The notes: generated by a model from the sequence alone, not told the origin. Counted from the stretch's first letter, positions 1-10,089 are shown. The stretch: DNA of 64,000 nt from Patescibacteria group bacterium (GCA_028692545.1 JAQUXC010000001.1:92658-156657), one strand, 5' to 3'. Program-made: numbers and translations.

Positions 1-1064
1 GTGTTGACATAGGAACATCTAGTATTAAGATTGTTCAACTTGCAAATGATAATAATAAAGCTAGATTAGTAACCTATGGTATGGCAGAAGTAAATTTTGA
101 TATTTTAAGAAATAAAAATCAAGAAAATGTTAATTTAATGGTATCTAATTTAAAAAATCTGTTAGCAAAATCTAGAGTATCCTCAAAAAATTGTTCAGCA
201 GCTCTTCCCACATTTTCAGTTTTTAGCTCTGTTATAAGTTTACCAGTAATGAATAAAATTGATTTAGATTCTGCTGTTAAATGGGAAGCTAAAAAATTTA
301 TACCATTTCCTATTGAAGATATGATATTGGATTGGAAAATTATAGACAATGGAGATATGAATATAAATAGTGTTGAAAAATCAAGTACAACTGTAGATGA
401 AAATATTATAAAAACAAAATCAAAATTTAATAGAGTTTTACTTACAGCAGCTCCAAAAAATTTGGTAGCTATTTATGTAGATGTTTTTAAAAAAGTAGGT
501 TTAAATTTGTGTAGTTTGGAAGTGGAATCTTTTGCTATGGCAAGAGCACTTATGGATACAAATAGTAATTCTACTATGATTGTTGATATTGGATCTATAA
601 CAACAGACGTTTGTGTTGTCGAAAATGATTTACCAGTATTGAATAGAAGTATAGAAGTTGGTGGACGTATAATAACTCAGAGCATTGCAAAGAGTTTAAA
701 TATTAATTTTGAAAGAGCAGAACAGTTTAAGCAAGATTTTGGTTTAGTTGCGAGCTCAGAAGAAAGCAGTAATATTCCAAAAACTATAGAAGAAACATTA
801 TCTCCAATGATTAATGAAATAAAATATGTTTTTGATTTATACAAAAGACAGGGTAAAGGTAATGTTGATAAGGTTATATTATCTGGAGGATCTGCCTATT
901 TGCCAAATTTGGTTGACTATCTAAGCAAAGTATTAAATACGTCTGTTTATATAGGTGATTCTTGGCATAAGGTAATGTATCCAAAAGAATTAAAACCAAT
1001 TTTAGATGAAATAGGTCCAAGATTTTCAGTAGCTATTGGCTTAGGATTGAGAAATATAATATAA
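1..1064 (+). CDS. pilM: Type IV pilus assembly protein PilM (5'-partial; frame is open upstream of 81)
   Basis: Frame from position 3 reads VDIGTSSIKIVQL; internal IVDIGS and ILSGGSA actin-fold motifs; C-terminal FSVAIGLGLR; first gene of the pil cluster. Confidence 0.92.
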   Translation, partial: VDIGTSSIKIVQLANDNNKARLVTYGMAEVNFDILRNKNQENVNLMVSNLKNLLAKSRVSSKNCSAALPTFSVFSSVISLPVMNKIDLDSAVKWEAKKFIPFPIEDMILDWKIIDNGDMNINSVEKSSTTVDENIIKTKSKFNRVLLTAAPKNLVAIYVDVFKKVGLNLCSLEVESFAMARALMDTNSNSTMIVDIGSITTDVCVVENDLPVLNRSIEVGGRIITQSIAKSLNINFERAEQFKQDFGLVASSEESSNIPKTIEETLSPMINEIKYVFDLYKRQGKGNVDKVILSGGSAYLPNLVDYLSKVLNTSVYIGDSWHKVMYPKELKPILDEIGPRFSVAIGLGLRNII

Positions 1065-1071
1065 TTAAAAT

Positions 1072-2436
1072 ATGCCTGATATAAATTTATTACCAGAAGA
1101 TTTAAAAAAGAAAAATAATAATTCTTTCAAAAAGAAGAATGATTTTAATTCTAGGGAAGTTGAGTTTACTTCTGGTGTATCACTCAAAAAGGATAGTGAA
1201 GATGATGAAATAGATGCTGTAGATAAATTGTTTAGTTGGATGAAACCGAAAATGGATGAAAAAAATAATACTAATTTAGGAAGTGTAAATATTCCACAAA
1301 AACAAAATTTAATAAATAATAAAGTGCCAGAAATTCAAGAAAGGCCTTACACAATAAAATCAGATAAATTAAAAAAGGACAAAATAGTAAAAGTAAAAGA
1401 GAATAAGAGAAATTTTTTTTCTAAATTATTTTCACAAAAACAAAAAAACAAAAATATTAAAAATATAAAAAAGGAAATTCCAATAAATGATAACAAAAAA
1501 AATTATTTAGGTTCAAATAATTTTATAAATGAGAAAACTTTTAATTCAGATGGAAATTTATCGATTAACAAACCTTTGGTGGGTGGAGTAAAATCAAGTA
1601 ATATTTCAAATATTTCTACACAAAAAATATCTAATGATTCTAATATACAAAAAAATATAGTGTCTGATATACAATTAAAAAATATAGTAAATACTAAAGA
1701 TATTAGCGAATCAAAAATCAACAACAAAGTTATTACAAACAATAAAAAAGAAAGTCCAAATTCACCTAAAAAATCTAAATTTAGTCTAAAAAGTATATTT
1801 TCAAGTAAGAAAAAAAATAAAAATTTTTCAATGCTAGATCAAAACAATGATTTGGGGGTTAATCTATTGCCAGAAGGTATCAATACTCCTAGTGCTAAAA
1901 ATTTAATTTTTGTTTTATTGTCTACATTTATTGTGTCATGTATGATTGTTGTGGTTGCATATTTTGCTTTAAATATTTATGAGATTAAGTTGGTTGATAA
2001 ATATAAAGATATAAATGTGGAAGCAGGTAGTTATAAATCAAGTTTAGATTCCTATGATACCCTTATATCTGAAATACAATCTTGGCAAACAAAGATTGAT
2101 AAAATAAGAACACTATTTAGTCATCATGTATATTGGACTAAATTTTTTGAAACTGTAGAGGCAAATACTTTGTCAGATATAATATTTTCTAGTTTTACTG
2201 GTAGTGTGAATGGTAATTTGACTTTGAATGCTCAAGCTCCAAATTATGAAACTGTTGTTAAGCAGTGGAATTATTGGAATGGTGCAGATAAATTTGTTGA
2301 TAAGGTAATTATAAGTGGAGCGTCTTTATCATCAAATGGTACATCTCAAATAGTTAATTTTTCCGTTACTTTTGATTTTGTAGATAATATTTTTTATAAG
2401 ACGGATAAATTAGAAGAAAATAAACAAAATGAATAA
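1072..2436 (+). CDS. PilN-like protein with long Lys/Asn-rich N-terminal extension
   Basis: INLLPE and VNLLPE motifs, one TM segment, coiled coil and PilN-like C-terminal domain; lies between pilM and pilO. Confidence 0.7.
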   Translation: MPDINLLPEDLKKKNNNSFKKKNDFNSREVEFTSGVSLKKDSEDDEIDAVDKLFSWMKPKMDEKNNTNLGSVNIPQKQNLINNKVPEIQERPYTIKSDKLKKDKIVKVKENKRNFFSKLFSQKQKNKNIKNIKKEIPINDNKKNYLGSNNFINEKTFNSDGNLSINKPLVGGVKSSNISNISTQKISNDSNIQKNIVSDIQLKNIVNTKDISESKINNKVITNNKKESPNSPKKSKFSLKSIFSSKKKNKNFSMLDQNNDLGVNLLPEGINTPSAKNLIFVLLSTFIVSCMIVVVAYFALNIYEIKLVDKYKDINVEAGSYKSSLDSYDTLISEIQSWQTKIDKIRTLFSHHVYWTKFFETVEANTLSDIIFSSFTGSVNGNLTLNAQAPNYETVVKQWNYWNGADKFVDKVIISGASLSSNGTSQIVNFSVTFDFVDNIFYKTDKLEENKQNE

Positions 2437-3151
2437 TATGTTAGATCAGAATAATAAAATTGATAATACTAATTTTAATTCAAATGTTAGTACTGACGTC
2501 TCTAAAGAACTTAGAGAAGTTCCTAAATATTTGTCAAATATTTTTAAACATTTAAAATTTTTAATTTTAATAGAAATAGTTTTGGTTTTGGTAATTGGTT
2601 ATATTTTTTTAATCAGAAATAAAGTTAGCTCTATAAAAGAGATAAATAGTCTTATTATAGAGAAACAAAATGAAGTTAATAATTTATTAAATTATAAATC
2701 AAAATCTGAAGAATTATCAAAAAAATATGAGGAATTAAAAAAATCAAAAGATAATGATATAGAAAAAATAAAAGAAGTTTTGCCATCTGAATCAGATTTA
2801 CCGGGTATTATGGCTCAAGTAGAGGCATTAGTAAAGGAAAATGGTTTAGAGCTTGGTAGTATATCCTTATCTGCTTTAGAAGAAAATGAATTACCTAAAG
2901 AAGATACTAAAAAAAATGTTGTTAAGGGTATTTCAAAGAAAAATGTAGATAGTGATATGTCTGGTATAAAAGAGGTGAATGTTGCTATATTTGTTTTTGG
3001 TAGTAATGGAGGATATGACAAAATAAAGAGTTTTCTTAGTGCACTTGAAAATCATATAAGACTTATAGATATTGTGTCATTTAATTTTGATGAAAAAATG
3101 AGTTCTTATTCAATTAATTTTAAAACTTATTATTTAAGCAATGAAAAATAA
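2429..3151 (+). CDS. pilO: Type IV pilus assembly protein PilO
   Basis: TM plus coiled coil, LPSESDLP and FLSALENHIRLIDI motifs; synteny. Confidence 0.8.
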   Translation: MNNMLDQNNKIDNTNFNSNVSTDVSKELREVPKYLSNIFKHLKFLILIEIVLVLVIGYIFLIRNKVSSIKEINSLIIEKQNEVNNLLNYKSKSEELSKKYEELKKSKDNDIEKIKEVLPSESDLPGIMAQVEALVKENGLELGSISLSALEENELPKEDTKKNVVKGISKKNVDSDMSGIKEVNVAIFVFGSNGGYDKIKSFLSALENHIRLIDIVSFNFDEKMSSYSINFKTYYLSNEK

Positions 3152-3500
3152 TTATTTTGATAAAAAATTAGTAGTTTTGTTTATTATAATGTTGGTTATG
3201 GTGTCTTTTATGTTTTATTTTTTAAAAACAAACTCATTACAGACTGAAAACATACAAACAGAAAGTGCACATAATGTAAATAATATAGATATACTTGAAG
3301 CAAAGAAAAATGCTATCAACAAACTTCTTGATGATATAGATAAATCATTTGATGAAGATTTGGAAAATTTTTTGAATGATATGCGTTCTTATGTAAATTT
3401 GCCTTTGAAAGCTGATAAAGTTGGAAATGATTATCCTTTTGGTAATTATATAGATACAAATGAAAAAAATATTCAAGATGAAACAAATAAAAAAGATTGA
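3141..3500 (+). CDS. Small single-TM pilus-associated protein (PilP position)
   Basis: N-terminal TM, GNDYPF motif, overlaps both neighbours. Confidence 0.5.
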   Translation: MKNNYFDKKLVVLFIIMLVMVSFMFYFLKTNSLQTENIQTESAHNVNNIDILEAKKNAINKLLDDIDKSFDEDLENFLNDMRSYVNLPLKADKVGNDYPFGNYIDTNEKNIQDETNKKD

Positions 3501-5260
3501 TTATGCAAGTAGATTACAATGATAAAATTTTTAATAAAATACAAGAATTATCTTCTATAACAAAAGATAAGCTTGAGTTTTTGAAAAAAAAGTTAGTTGA
3601 AGAAAATCAAAATATAGATAGTATTATAAAAAAATATTATTTGATAGATTTGGAAAATTATGCACAAATAAAAGCTACTGTTATAGGTATGCCTTATAAA
3701 AATTTATTAGATGAAAAGGTAAATGCTGAAGCTTTAAAACTATTACCAATAAATCTTTCTGCTAATTATAAAATGGTTATTTTTAACAAGAGAGACAAGG
3801 TATTGGATGTAGGATTAGTTGATCCTGAGGATTTTAGCGCAATAGAAGCAGTAGAATTTTTAGCACACAAAAATAATTATAAATTAAAATATTATCTTAT
3901 TTCAGAAGAAAGTTTTAATTCTGTATTCAAAAAAACTGAAAATATTAAACAACAAGTAAACGAAGCTTTGGATTATGCAAAAGAAGAATTTGAAGAAATT
4001 GTAGATGAGTCTCAGTTTGATGAAGAAAATTTAGGTGACATTATCAAAACAGCTCCTGTTACAAAAATTATATCTGTGCTTTTAAAACATGCTGTAGAGG
4101 GAAGAGCTTCTGATATACATATTGAACCAGTATCTGAAAAATCAATTATAAGATTTAGAATAGATGGGAAATTACACAATTCAATAGTTTTACCAATTTA
4201 CATACACAATGCACTTATAGCAAGAGTAAAGGTAATGGCTAATATGAAAATAGATGAAACTAGAATTCCTCAAGATGGAAGAATCAGAGTTGCAATGAAA
4301 AGAGGTAAAGATGTAAAAAAAATAGATTTTAGAGTATCTACATTGCCACTTATAGACTACGAGAAAGTAGTTATGAGAATTTTGAGTACTCCAGAAAAAG
4401 TTCCAGAATTTGAGGAATTGGGATTCTTTGGAAATTCAAAAAGAATGATAGAAGAAGCTATCAGCAAACCAAATGGTATGATTTTGGTAACAGGACCTAC
4501 TGGTAGTGGTAAATCTTTTACATTATTTACTGCTCTAAATAAGATTAATTCTGAGTTAATAAATATTTGTACATTAGAAGATCCAGTTGAGTATAATATT
4601 AAAGGAATCAATCAATCACAAGTAAGGCCAGAGGTAAATTATACTTTTGCATCAGGTCTTAGGTCTCTACTTAGACAAGATCCAGATGTTATAATGGTGG
4701 GAGAAATTAGAGATAGTGAAACAGCAAAACTTGCTGTGCATGCTGCCCTTACTGGTCATTTGGTTTTTTCAACGCTTCATACAAATGATGCAATAGGTGC
4801 AATACCGAGACTTATTGATATGAAAATAGAACCATTTCTTTTGTCATCTACCTTGAATTTAGTTTTTGCACAGAGGCTAGTAAGAAGAATTTGTGATAAT
4901 TGTAAAGAAGAAATGATCCTTTCTGATATATTAAAAGAACAAATATCATCCTCTATTAATGATTTACCTGAGTCTGCTTTTTATGGTAATGTTAAGAAAG
5001 GAGATGTTATAAAATTCTACCATGGTAAGGGTTGTAATCGTTGTGGTGGAACTGGGTATAAAGGCAGAATAGCTATAAATGAAGTTTTTGTACCAAATAG
5101 AGCCTTGAAAGATGTTATCAATGATGGTAATGACATGGGAAAATTTCAAGATGAATTAAAAAAACAAGGATATATAAATATGATGCAAGATGGTCTTATA
5201 AAAGTTTTAAGTGGTATGACGACGTTGGAAGAAGTTTTGCGAGCTACAAAAGAATTTTAA
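3497..5260 (+). CDS. pilB: PilB/GspE-family pilus assembly ATPase
   Basis: ASDIHIEP, PQDGR, Walker A GPTGSGKS, EDPVE, LRQDPDVIMVGEIRD, STLHTN, CxxC...CxxC, GYKGR. Confidence 0.95.
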   Translation: MIMQVDYNDKIFNKIQELSSITKDKLEFLKKKLVEENQNIDSIIKKYYLIDLENYAQIKATVIGMPYKNLLDEKVNAEALKLLPINLSANYKMVIFNKRDKVLDVGLVDPEDFSAIEAVEFLAHKNNYKLKYYLISEESFNSVFKKTENIKQQVNEALDYAKEEFEEIVDESQFDEENLGDIIKTAPVTKIISVLLKHAVEGRASDIHIEPVSEKSIIRFRIDGKLHNSIVLPIYIHNALIARVKVMANMKIDETRIPQDGRIRVAMKRGKDVKKIDFRVSTLPLIDYEKVVMRILSTPEKVPEFEELGFFGNSKRMIEEAISKPNGMILVTGPTGSGKSFTLFTALNKINSELINICTLEDPVEYNIKGINQSQVRPEVNYTFASGLRSLLRQDPDVIMVGEIRDSETAKLAVHAALTGHLVFSTLHTNDAIGAIPRLIDMKIEPFLLSSTLNLVFAQRLVRRICDNCKEEMILSDILKEQISSSINDLPESAFYGNVKKGDVIKFYHGKGCNRCGGTGYKGRIAINEVFVPNRALKDVINDGNDMGKFQDELKKQGYINMMQDGLIKVLSGMTTLEEVLRATKEF

Positions 5261-5275
5261 ATTTAACTAAAAAAT

Positions 5276-5653
5276 ATGTCTGATGCAAATAAAAAAATAT
5301 TAATAGCAGAAGATGATCCATTTTTATCTGGCATGTATTCAGAAAAACTTGAATTAGAGAATTTTAATGTTATATTAGCAGTTGATGGAGTTGAAGCGAT
5401 AGATAAAATGAAAATATATAAACCAGATTTAGTTTTATTAGATCTTCTTATGCCAAAGAAGGATGGTTTTGAAGTTTTAAGTGAAAAATTATTAGATGAT
5501 AGTATAAAAGATATACCAGTTATAGTCCTTACGAATTTGTCACAAAAGGAACAAATTAAAAAATGTTATGATTTAGGCGCAAAAGATTTTTTGATAAAAG
5601 CATATTTTGTACCATCTGAAGTTATTAAGAAAATAAGAACAATAATAGAATAG
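5276..5653 (+). CDS. Stand-alone response regulator receiver protein
   Basis: ILIAEDD, LLDLLMPKKDG, VLTN, FLIK. Confidence 0.9.
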   Translation: MSDANKKILIAEDDPFLSGMYSEKLELENFNVILAVDGVEAIDKMKIYKPDLVLLDLLMPKKDGFEVLSEKLLDDSIKDIPVIVLTNLSQKEQIKKCYDLGAKDFLIKAYFVPSEVIKKIRTIIE

Positions 5654-5658
5654 TTATT

Positions 5659-6717
5659 ATGCCATCAATAGATAAGTTACATTTAAATGAGCTTATAAAT
5701 CAAGCTCTAAAAGAGAATGCTATTTCTCTTTCTTTTAATATTAGTAGTTATCCTATTATGAAAATAAGAGATAATTTAAAGATATTAGAAGATGCTCCAA
5801 TTTTAACAAAAGAATTTTTGGAGACAATAATGGATTCTATTTTAAATGATACTCAAAAAGAGATTTTAAAAAAAGAAAAAGAACTTACTATGGGTTATGA
5901 TTGGTCAAATGATGTAAGATTAATAGTAAATTTTTTTTATCAGAGGGGTTCTTTGTCTATTACTATAAAAATAGTACCAGCAGTTTTTAGAGATATTACA
6001 GAATTAAATTTACCAAATGTAGTAAATGATATAGTAAAAATGAAATCAGGACTTATTATTATATGTGGACCAGTGTCATCCGGAAGAACAACTACAATTT
6101 CATCAATATTAGAATATCTTAATAAAAATACTGATAATAGAATAGTTACAATTGAATGTCCAATAGAGAGACAATTTATTAATAAAAAAAGTATTATTCA
6201 ACAAAGAGAAATTGGTAGAGATGTAGACTCTATAGCAGACGGTCTAAATGATGTAATAGATGAAGATGTAAATATTGTTTATGTCGCAAAAATTAGTTCC
6301 AAAGAAGATGTAAAAGCTATGTTGCAAGTTGCAAATTCTGGGAAATTGGTTTTTGTGATTATGGATTTGGATTCTATAGTTTCTGTTTTAAATCAGATAT
6401 ATGGTAGTTTTGAATTATCGGAAAAAGATTGGGCCAGAAGTCTTTTGGTAGAATCACTGAGAGTTATAATCAATCAGAGATTAATACCAAGATCAGGTGG
6501 TGGAGAAATTCTTGCTTCTGAAGTTTTTACTATGACATCTACAAGTTATGCTATGGTAAAATCTGGAAATTTTGATCAAATAAAATCAATAATGCAAACA
6601 TCAAGACAAGATAATATGCAAGATTTAGATACGGTTTTAAAGACAATGGTTCAAAATGGTATTATCGAATTAGAAAATGCAAAAAAATATTCAAATAATC
6701 CAGAAGTTTTTAAATAA
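5659..6717 (+). CDS. PilT/PilU-like protein with degenerate ATPase motifs
   Basis: QQREIGRD and NQRLIP motifs and a PilT-like C-terminus; Walker A reads GPVSSGRTTT; Walker B and His box are lost. Confidence 0.8.
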   Translation: MPSIDKLHLNELINQALKENAISLSFNISSYPIMKIRDNLKILEDAPILTKEFLETIMDSILNDTQKEILKKEKELTMGYDWSNDVRLIVNFFYQRGSLSITIKIVPAVFRDITELNLPNVVNDIVKMKSGLIIICGPVSSGRTTTISSILEYLNKNTDNRIVTIECPIERQFINKKSIIQQREIGRDVDSIADGLNDVIDEDVNIVYVAKISSKEDVKAMLQVANSGKLVFVIMDLDSIVSVLNQIYGSFELSEKDWARSLLVESLRVIINQRLIPRSGGGEILASEVFTMTSTSYAMVKSGNFDQIKSIMQTSRQDNMQDLDTVLKTMVQNGIIELENAKKYSNNPEVFK

Positions 6718-6722
6718 TATAT

Positions 6723-7934
6723 ATGCCAAAATTTAATTATAAAGCTTTAGATATAAACGGAAATGTAATCAATGGAATTGTAGATGCTCCTTCTCAGGAA
6801 TTAGCAAGTACTGCCTTGATAGATAAAAGTTTCAAAATTATTGATTTGGAAGAATCAAAGGGTTTGGTAAATTTTAATTTTAAGGCATTGTCTATATTTA
6901 ATGGAATTAGTAAAAAGGATTTGGTTATTTTTTCTAGACAATTAGCTGTTATGATATCAGCAACAGTTCCTATAATACAAGCACTTCGTGGTATTACAAA
7001 ACAGACAACTAATCAAGCTCTTAGTAGAAATGTTGAACAAATAGCAGATGATGTAGATGGTGGTATGAAATTATCAGATGCTATGAGTAAACATGCTATT
7101 TTTGATAATTTTTTTGTTAGCATGATTGCAGCAGGAGAGAGTTCTGGTAGATTAGACGAGGTTTTGAACTATTTAGCAGATGAGGTAGAAAAAAGTTATG
7201 ACCTCTCTGCAAAAATAAAAGGAGCTATGATATATCCTATATTTATTATAAGCGGTTTGCTACTAGTCGGTATTGCTGCAATGATTTTTATAATTCCAAA
7301 TCTTACGGAAATGTTGCAAGCATCAGGCGCTGTGTTGCCTCTTCCTACTAGAGTTCTTATATTTATAAGCGATTCACTTAGAAAATATTATATATTAATA
7401 ATATTATTTGTTGCTGTATTTGTTTTTGGATTAATTTATTCTATAAAGAAAACAGAACTCGGTAACAAAATATTCAATATAATAAAAATAAAATTTCCTG
7501 TTTTTGGAAAACTTTTTAAAAACATATATTTGGTAAGATTTTCTAGTACGCTATCAAGTCTTATTTCAGCAGGCGTACCACTCACAGAAGCACTTAGAAT
7601 TACAGGAAATGTTGTAGGAAATTACAATTACAAAAAAGTAATAAATGAAGCTGTAAAAAAAGTAGAAGATGGATACTCCATTGCTTATGTTTTTTCAGAA
7701 AGTAATTTGTTTCCACCGATGCTTTCTCAGATGTTGAAAGTTGGAGAAAAAACAGGAAGATTGAATATAGTACTTGATAAATTATCGGGATTTTATGCTA
7801 GAGAAGTTTCAAATATGGTAGGAAATCTTACAGCACTTATTGAACCACTTATAATGGTGATAATAGGTCTTGGAGTTGGTGGAATGGTAGCAGCTATTAT
7901 AATGCCTATGTATAATATGGCAAATACATTTTAG
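6723..7934 (+). CDS. pilC: Type IV pilus platform protein PilC (GspF family)
   Basis: FSRQLA, AGESSGRL, AMIYP, VGEKTGRL, LIEP. Confidence 0.95.
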   Translation: MPKFNYKALDINGNVINGIVDAPSQELASTALIDKSFKIIDLEESKGLVNFNFKALSIFNGISKKDLVIFSRQLAVMISATVPIIQALRGITKQTTNQALSRNVEQIADDVDGGMKLSDAMSKHAIFDNFFVSMIAAGESSGRLDEVLNYLADEVEKSYDLSAKIKGAMIYPIFIISGLLLVGIAAMIFIIPNLTEMLQASGAVLPLPTRVLIFISDSLRKYYILIILFVAVFVFGLIYSIKKTELGNKIFNIIKIKFPVFGKLFKNIYLVRFSSTLSSLISAGVPLTEALRITGNVVGNYNYKKVINEAVKKVEDGYSIAYVFSESNLFPPMLSQMLKVGEKTGRLNIVLDKLSGFYAREVSNMVGNLTALIEPLIMVIIGLGVGGMVAAIIMPMYNMANTF

Positions 7935-8083
7935 TAAAATATGTTTTGTTGATATTAATTTTGTGATATAATAATAACAGTTATAAATGGATTTAGTAAG
8001 ATTTCCACAGTCTTACAATAAATCATATATATAATAAAATTTAAAAAATTATCGAGCTTAGCTCGAGAAAAGAAAGGGATAAA

Positions 8084-8560
8084 GTGATGAATAAAAAAGG
8101 TTTTACATTAATAGAACTTTTGGTCGTCATAGCTATTATTGGTCTTCTTTCCACATTAGCAGTATTTTCTTTGAATTCTGCTAGAACAAAGGCAAGAGAC
8201 GCAAAAAGAATATCTGATATGAAAATGCTTGGAACAGCAATGGAAATGTATGCTACAGAAGGGGGTACTTATGTAGGTTCTTTAGGTACCACTACTACTG
8301 GTGGTGATCTTTTACATGAATTGGGAAGTATTCAGTATGGGGGAGAATCTTTATTGGATTTATCAGTTTTAAAAGATCCTTCTAGTCCAACTGATGCATG
8401 TACAAGTGGTTCAGATGCTGCATGTAATTATGCTGTAAGAATTGTTCCTACGGCAAGCACCTATCAAATTTGTTTTTATTTAGAGAAAGGTGCTGCAAGT
8501 TTTGGATATGGTCCACATAAATTGATTCAAGGTGGAGGAATGTCAACAGGTTGTGATTAA
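8084..8560 (+). CDS. Type IV pilin (class III signal peptide)
   Basis: KKG|FTLIELLVVIAIIG prepilin motif; C-terminal cysteines. Confidence 0.93.
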   Translation: MMNKKGFTLIELLVVIAIIGLLSTLAVFSLNSARTKARDAKRISDMKMLGTAMEMYATEGGTYVGSLGTTTTGGDLLHELGSIQYGGESLLDLSVLKDPSSPTDACTSGSDAACNYAVRIVPTASTYQICFYLEKGAASFGYGPHKLIQGGGMSTGCD

Positions 8561-8578
8561 GGTTAAAGAATTTTTTTT

Positions 8579-8617
8579 AAAATCCCTATCAGTTTTTATT
8601 TGATAGGGATTTTTTTT
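8579..8617 (+). terminator. Intrinsic terminator after pilin 1
   Basis: 13-bp stem AAAATCCCTATCA/TGATAGGGATTTT followed by a T run. Confidence 0.75.
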
Positions 8618-8648
8618 ATATATAATTATTTGTCTATTATTTTTTATT

Positions 8649-8677
8649 TTGATTAATTTTTTTATTTTTGATATAAT
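8649..8677 (+). promoter_or_regulatory. Sigma70-type promoter of pilin 2
   Basis: TTGATT-17 bp-TATAAT with extended -10 TG. Confidence 0.55.
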
Positions 8678-8704
8678 AAATCTATTATTATTATAAATAA
8701 ATAT

Positions 8705-9205
8705 ATGTTAAAGAGTTACAAAAAAGGTTTTACATTAATAGAACTTTTGGTCGTCATAGCTATTATTGGTCTTCTTTCCACATTAGCAGTATTTTCTTTG
8801 AATTCTGCTAGAACAAAGGCAAGAGACGCAAAAAGAATATCTGATATGAAAATGCTTTCAACAGCAATGGAAATGTATGCTACAGATGAAGGTTCTTATG
8901 ATGATGCTATTACTTCATGTGAAAGTGGGTTATATACTTGCAGTGGTATATCTTACGGAGGAGCTCCTTTACTTGATTTAGTTACGTTGAAAGATCCATC
9001 TAATCCAACTATTCTTTGCAATGGTGAATTAGTACCATGTGAATATACATTTTTTTCTAATCCTGCAGTTTGGGATTGGTCTGTTTGTTTTGGTCTAGAA
9101 AAGCCGACTGGTAACCAAGGAAGTGGTTTGCATGCTATAGGTCCTGGTGGTAGTATTGTCAGTGTGGATGATAATAATATAGATGATTATTGTCGCGATG
9201 AATAA
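8705..9205 (+). CDS. Type IV pilin (paralog of 8084..8560)
   Basis: Same prepilin motif; 138 bp identical to pilin 1. Confidence 0.93.
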   Translation: MLKSYKKGFTLIELLVVIAIIGLLSTLAVFSLNSARTKARDAKRISDMKMLSTAMEMYATDEGSYDDAITSCESGLYTCSGISYGGAPLLDLVTLKDPSNPTILCNGELVPCEYTFFSNPAVWDWSVCFGLEKPTGNQGSGLHAIGPGGSIVSVDDNNIDDYCRDE

Positions 9206-9218
9206 TAAATTGAAATTC

Positions 9219-9260
9219 ATATAAACAAAAAAGACTCATAAGAGTCTTTTTTGTTTATAT
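9219..9260. terminator. Bidirectional terminator between pilin 2 and tRNA-Arg
   Basis: Perfect 19-bp stem ATATAAACAAAAAAGACTC, loop ATAA. Confidence 0.8.
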
Positions 9261-9368
9261 AATAGTATGTTAATAAAAAATATATATTAGTGCTCTTATT
9301 AGCTATTTTTTATTAATCTATATAGATCAACTTCGAAGGACTTACTAGGAATTTCACCTCGCCACATA

Positions 9369-9443
9369 TGGTGTCCCGACTAGGAATCGAACCTAGATTA
9401 CAAGCTCCGCAAGCTGGCGTTCTATCCATTGAACTACCGGGAC
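9369..9443 (-). tRNA. tRNA-Arg(GCG)
   Basis: 75-nt cloverleaf: acceptor GTCCCGG/TCGGGAC, anticodon loop TTGCGGA, T-loop TTCGATT, encoded CCA. Confidence 0.92.
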
Positions 9444-9558
9444 TATATTAGTAATTTTTATAAATATAACTATATCTTCAAAAACAATTTATTGCAAGTA
9501 TTTATAATAATTAAAAAAGGTTAAAATAAAACCTTTTCTTTTATATAAATATATATTT

Positions 9559-10047
9559 TTAAAATTTTAACATTCTTGATAATAAATCAGATGTTGGCTC
9601 TTCTTCTCTTTCCAAATTTTCTTCTAAAAATGTTAATAGAATATCCCTTGTTTTTACAGGATTTTGATTTTTAAGTGGAATACTTAATCTGGTTTTGAAT
9701 CCATTTTTTAATTCTAAATAGAGGTTTGATATTTCTGGTGGTTGATAAATTATAAAAAAATCTTTTATATTATTGTAGTGATAGAATTTTTCACCTATAT
9801 CTATTCCAGCTTCTTTTATGCTTATTTCCATTTCTTGTGGATTTTTTCTGTTTTGCATTAATAATATTATTACTACCATTACCACAATAACCGCGAACAG
9901 AAAATTTATTGTAATTATAGAGTATATTACAAAAGTCGTAGCTATTACAAATAATAATATATACCACAATAAATTTCTATCATGTGGTTCAAACTCTGGA
10001 AAGTGCCACTGTGCTAATGTTTTACCTTTTTCTATTTTTTGTTCCAT
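9559..10047 (-). CDS. Hypothetical membrane protein (2 TM plus soluble C-terminal domain)
   Basis: 162-aa ORF with two hydrophobic segments. Confidence 0.75.
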   Translation of the reverse strand: MEQKIEKGKTLAQWHFPEFEPHDRNLLWYILLFVIATTFVIYSIITINFLFAVIVVMVVIILLMQNRKNPQEMEISIKEAGIDIGEKFYHYNNIKDFFIIYQPPEISNLYLELKNGFKTRLSIPLKNQNPVKTRDILLTFLEENLEREEEPTSDLLSRMLKF

Positions 10048-10089
10048 TTTTTTATCTTATATTATAAATTATACATTTTTATCATCTGA

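Larger units (their letters stand above)
8093..8886 (+). repeat. Direct repeat between the pilin 5' ends (8093-8259 vs 8720-8886; 165/167 identical)
   Basis: Manual alignment: 138 bp exact, GG vs TC, then 27 bp exact. Confidence 0.92.

Noticed and set aside
8093-8886. Pilin duplication as DGR-type variation
   Set aside because: The differences (GG vs TC) are not adenine-specific, and there is no similarity to the TR
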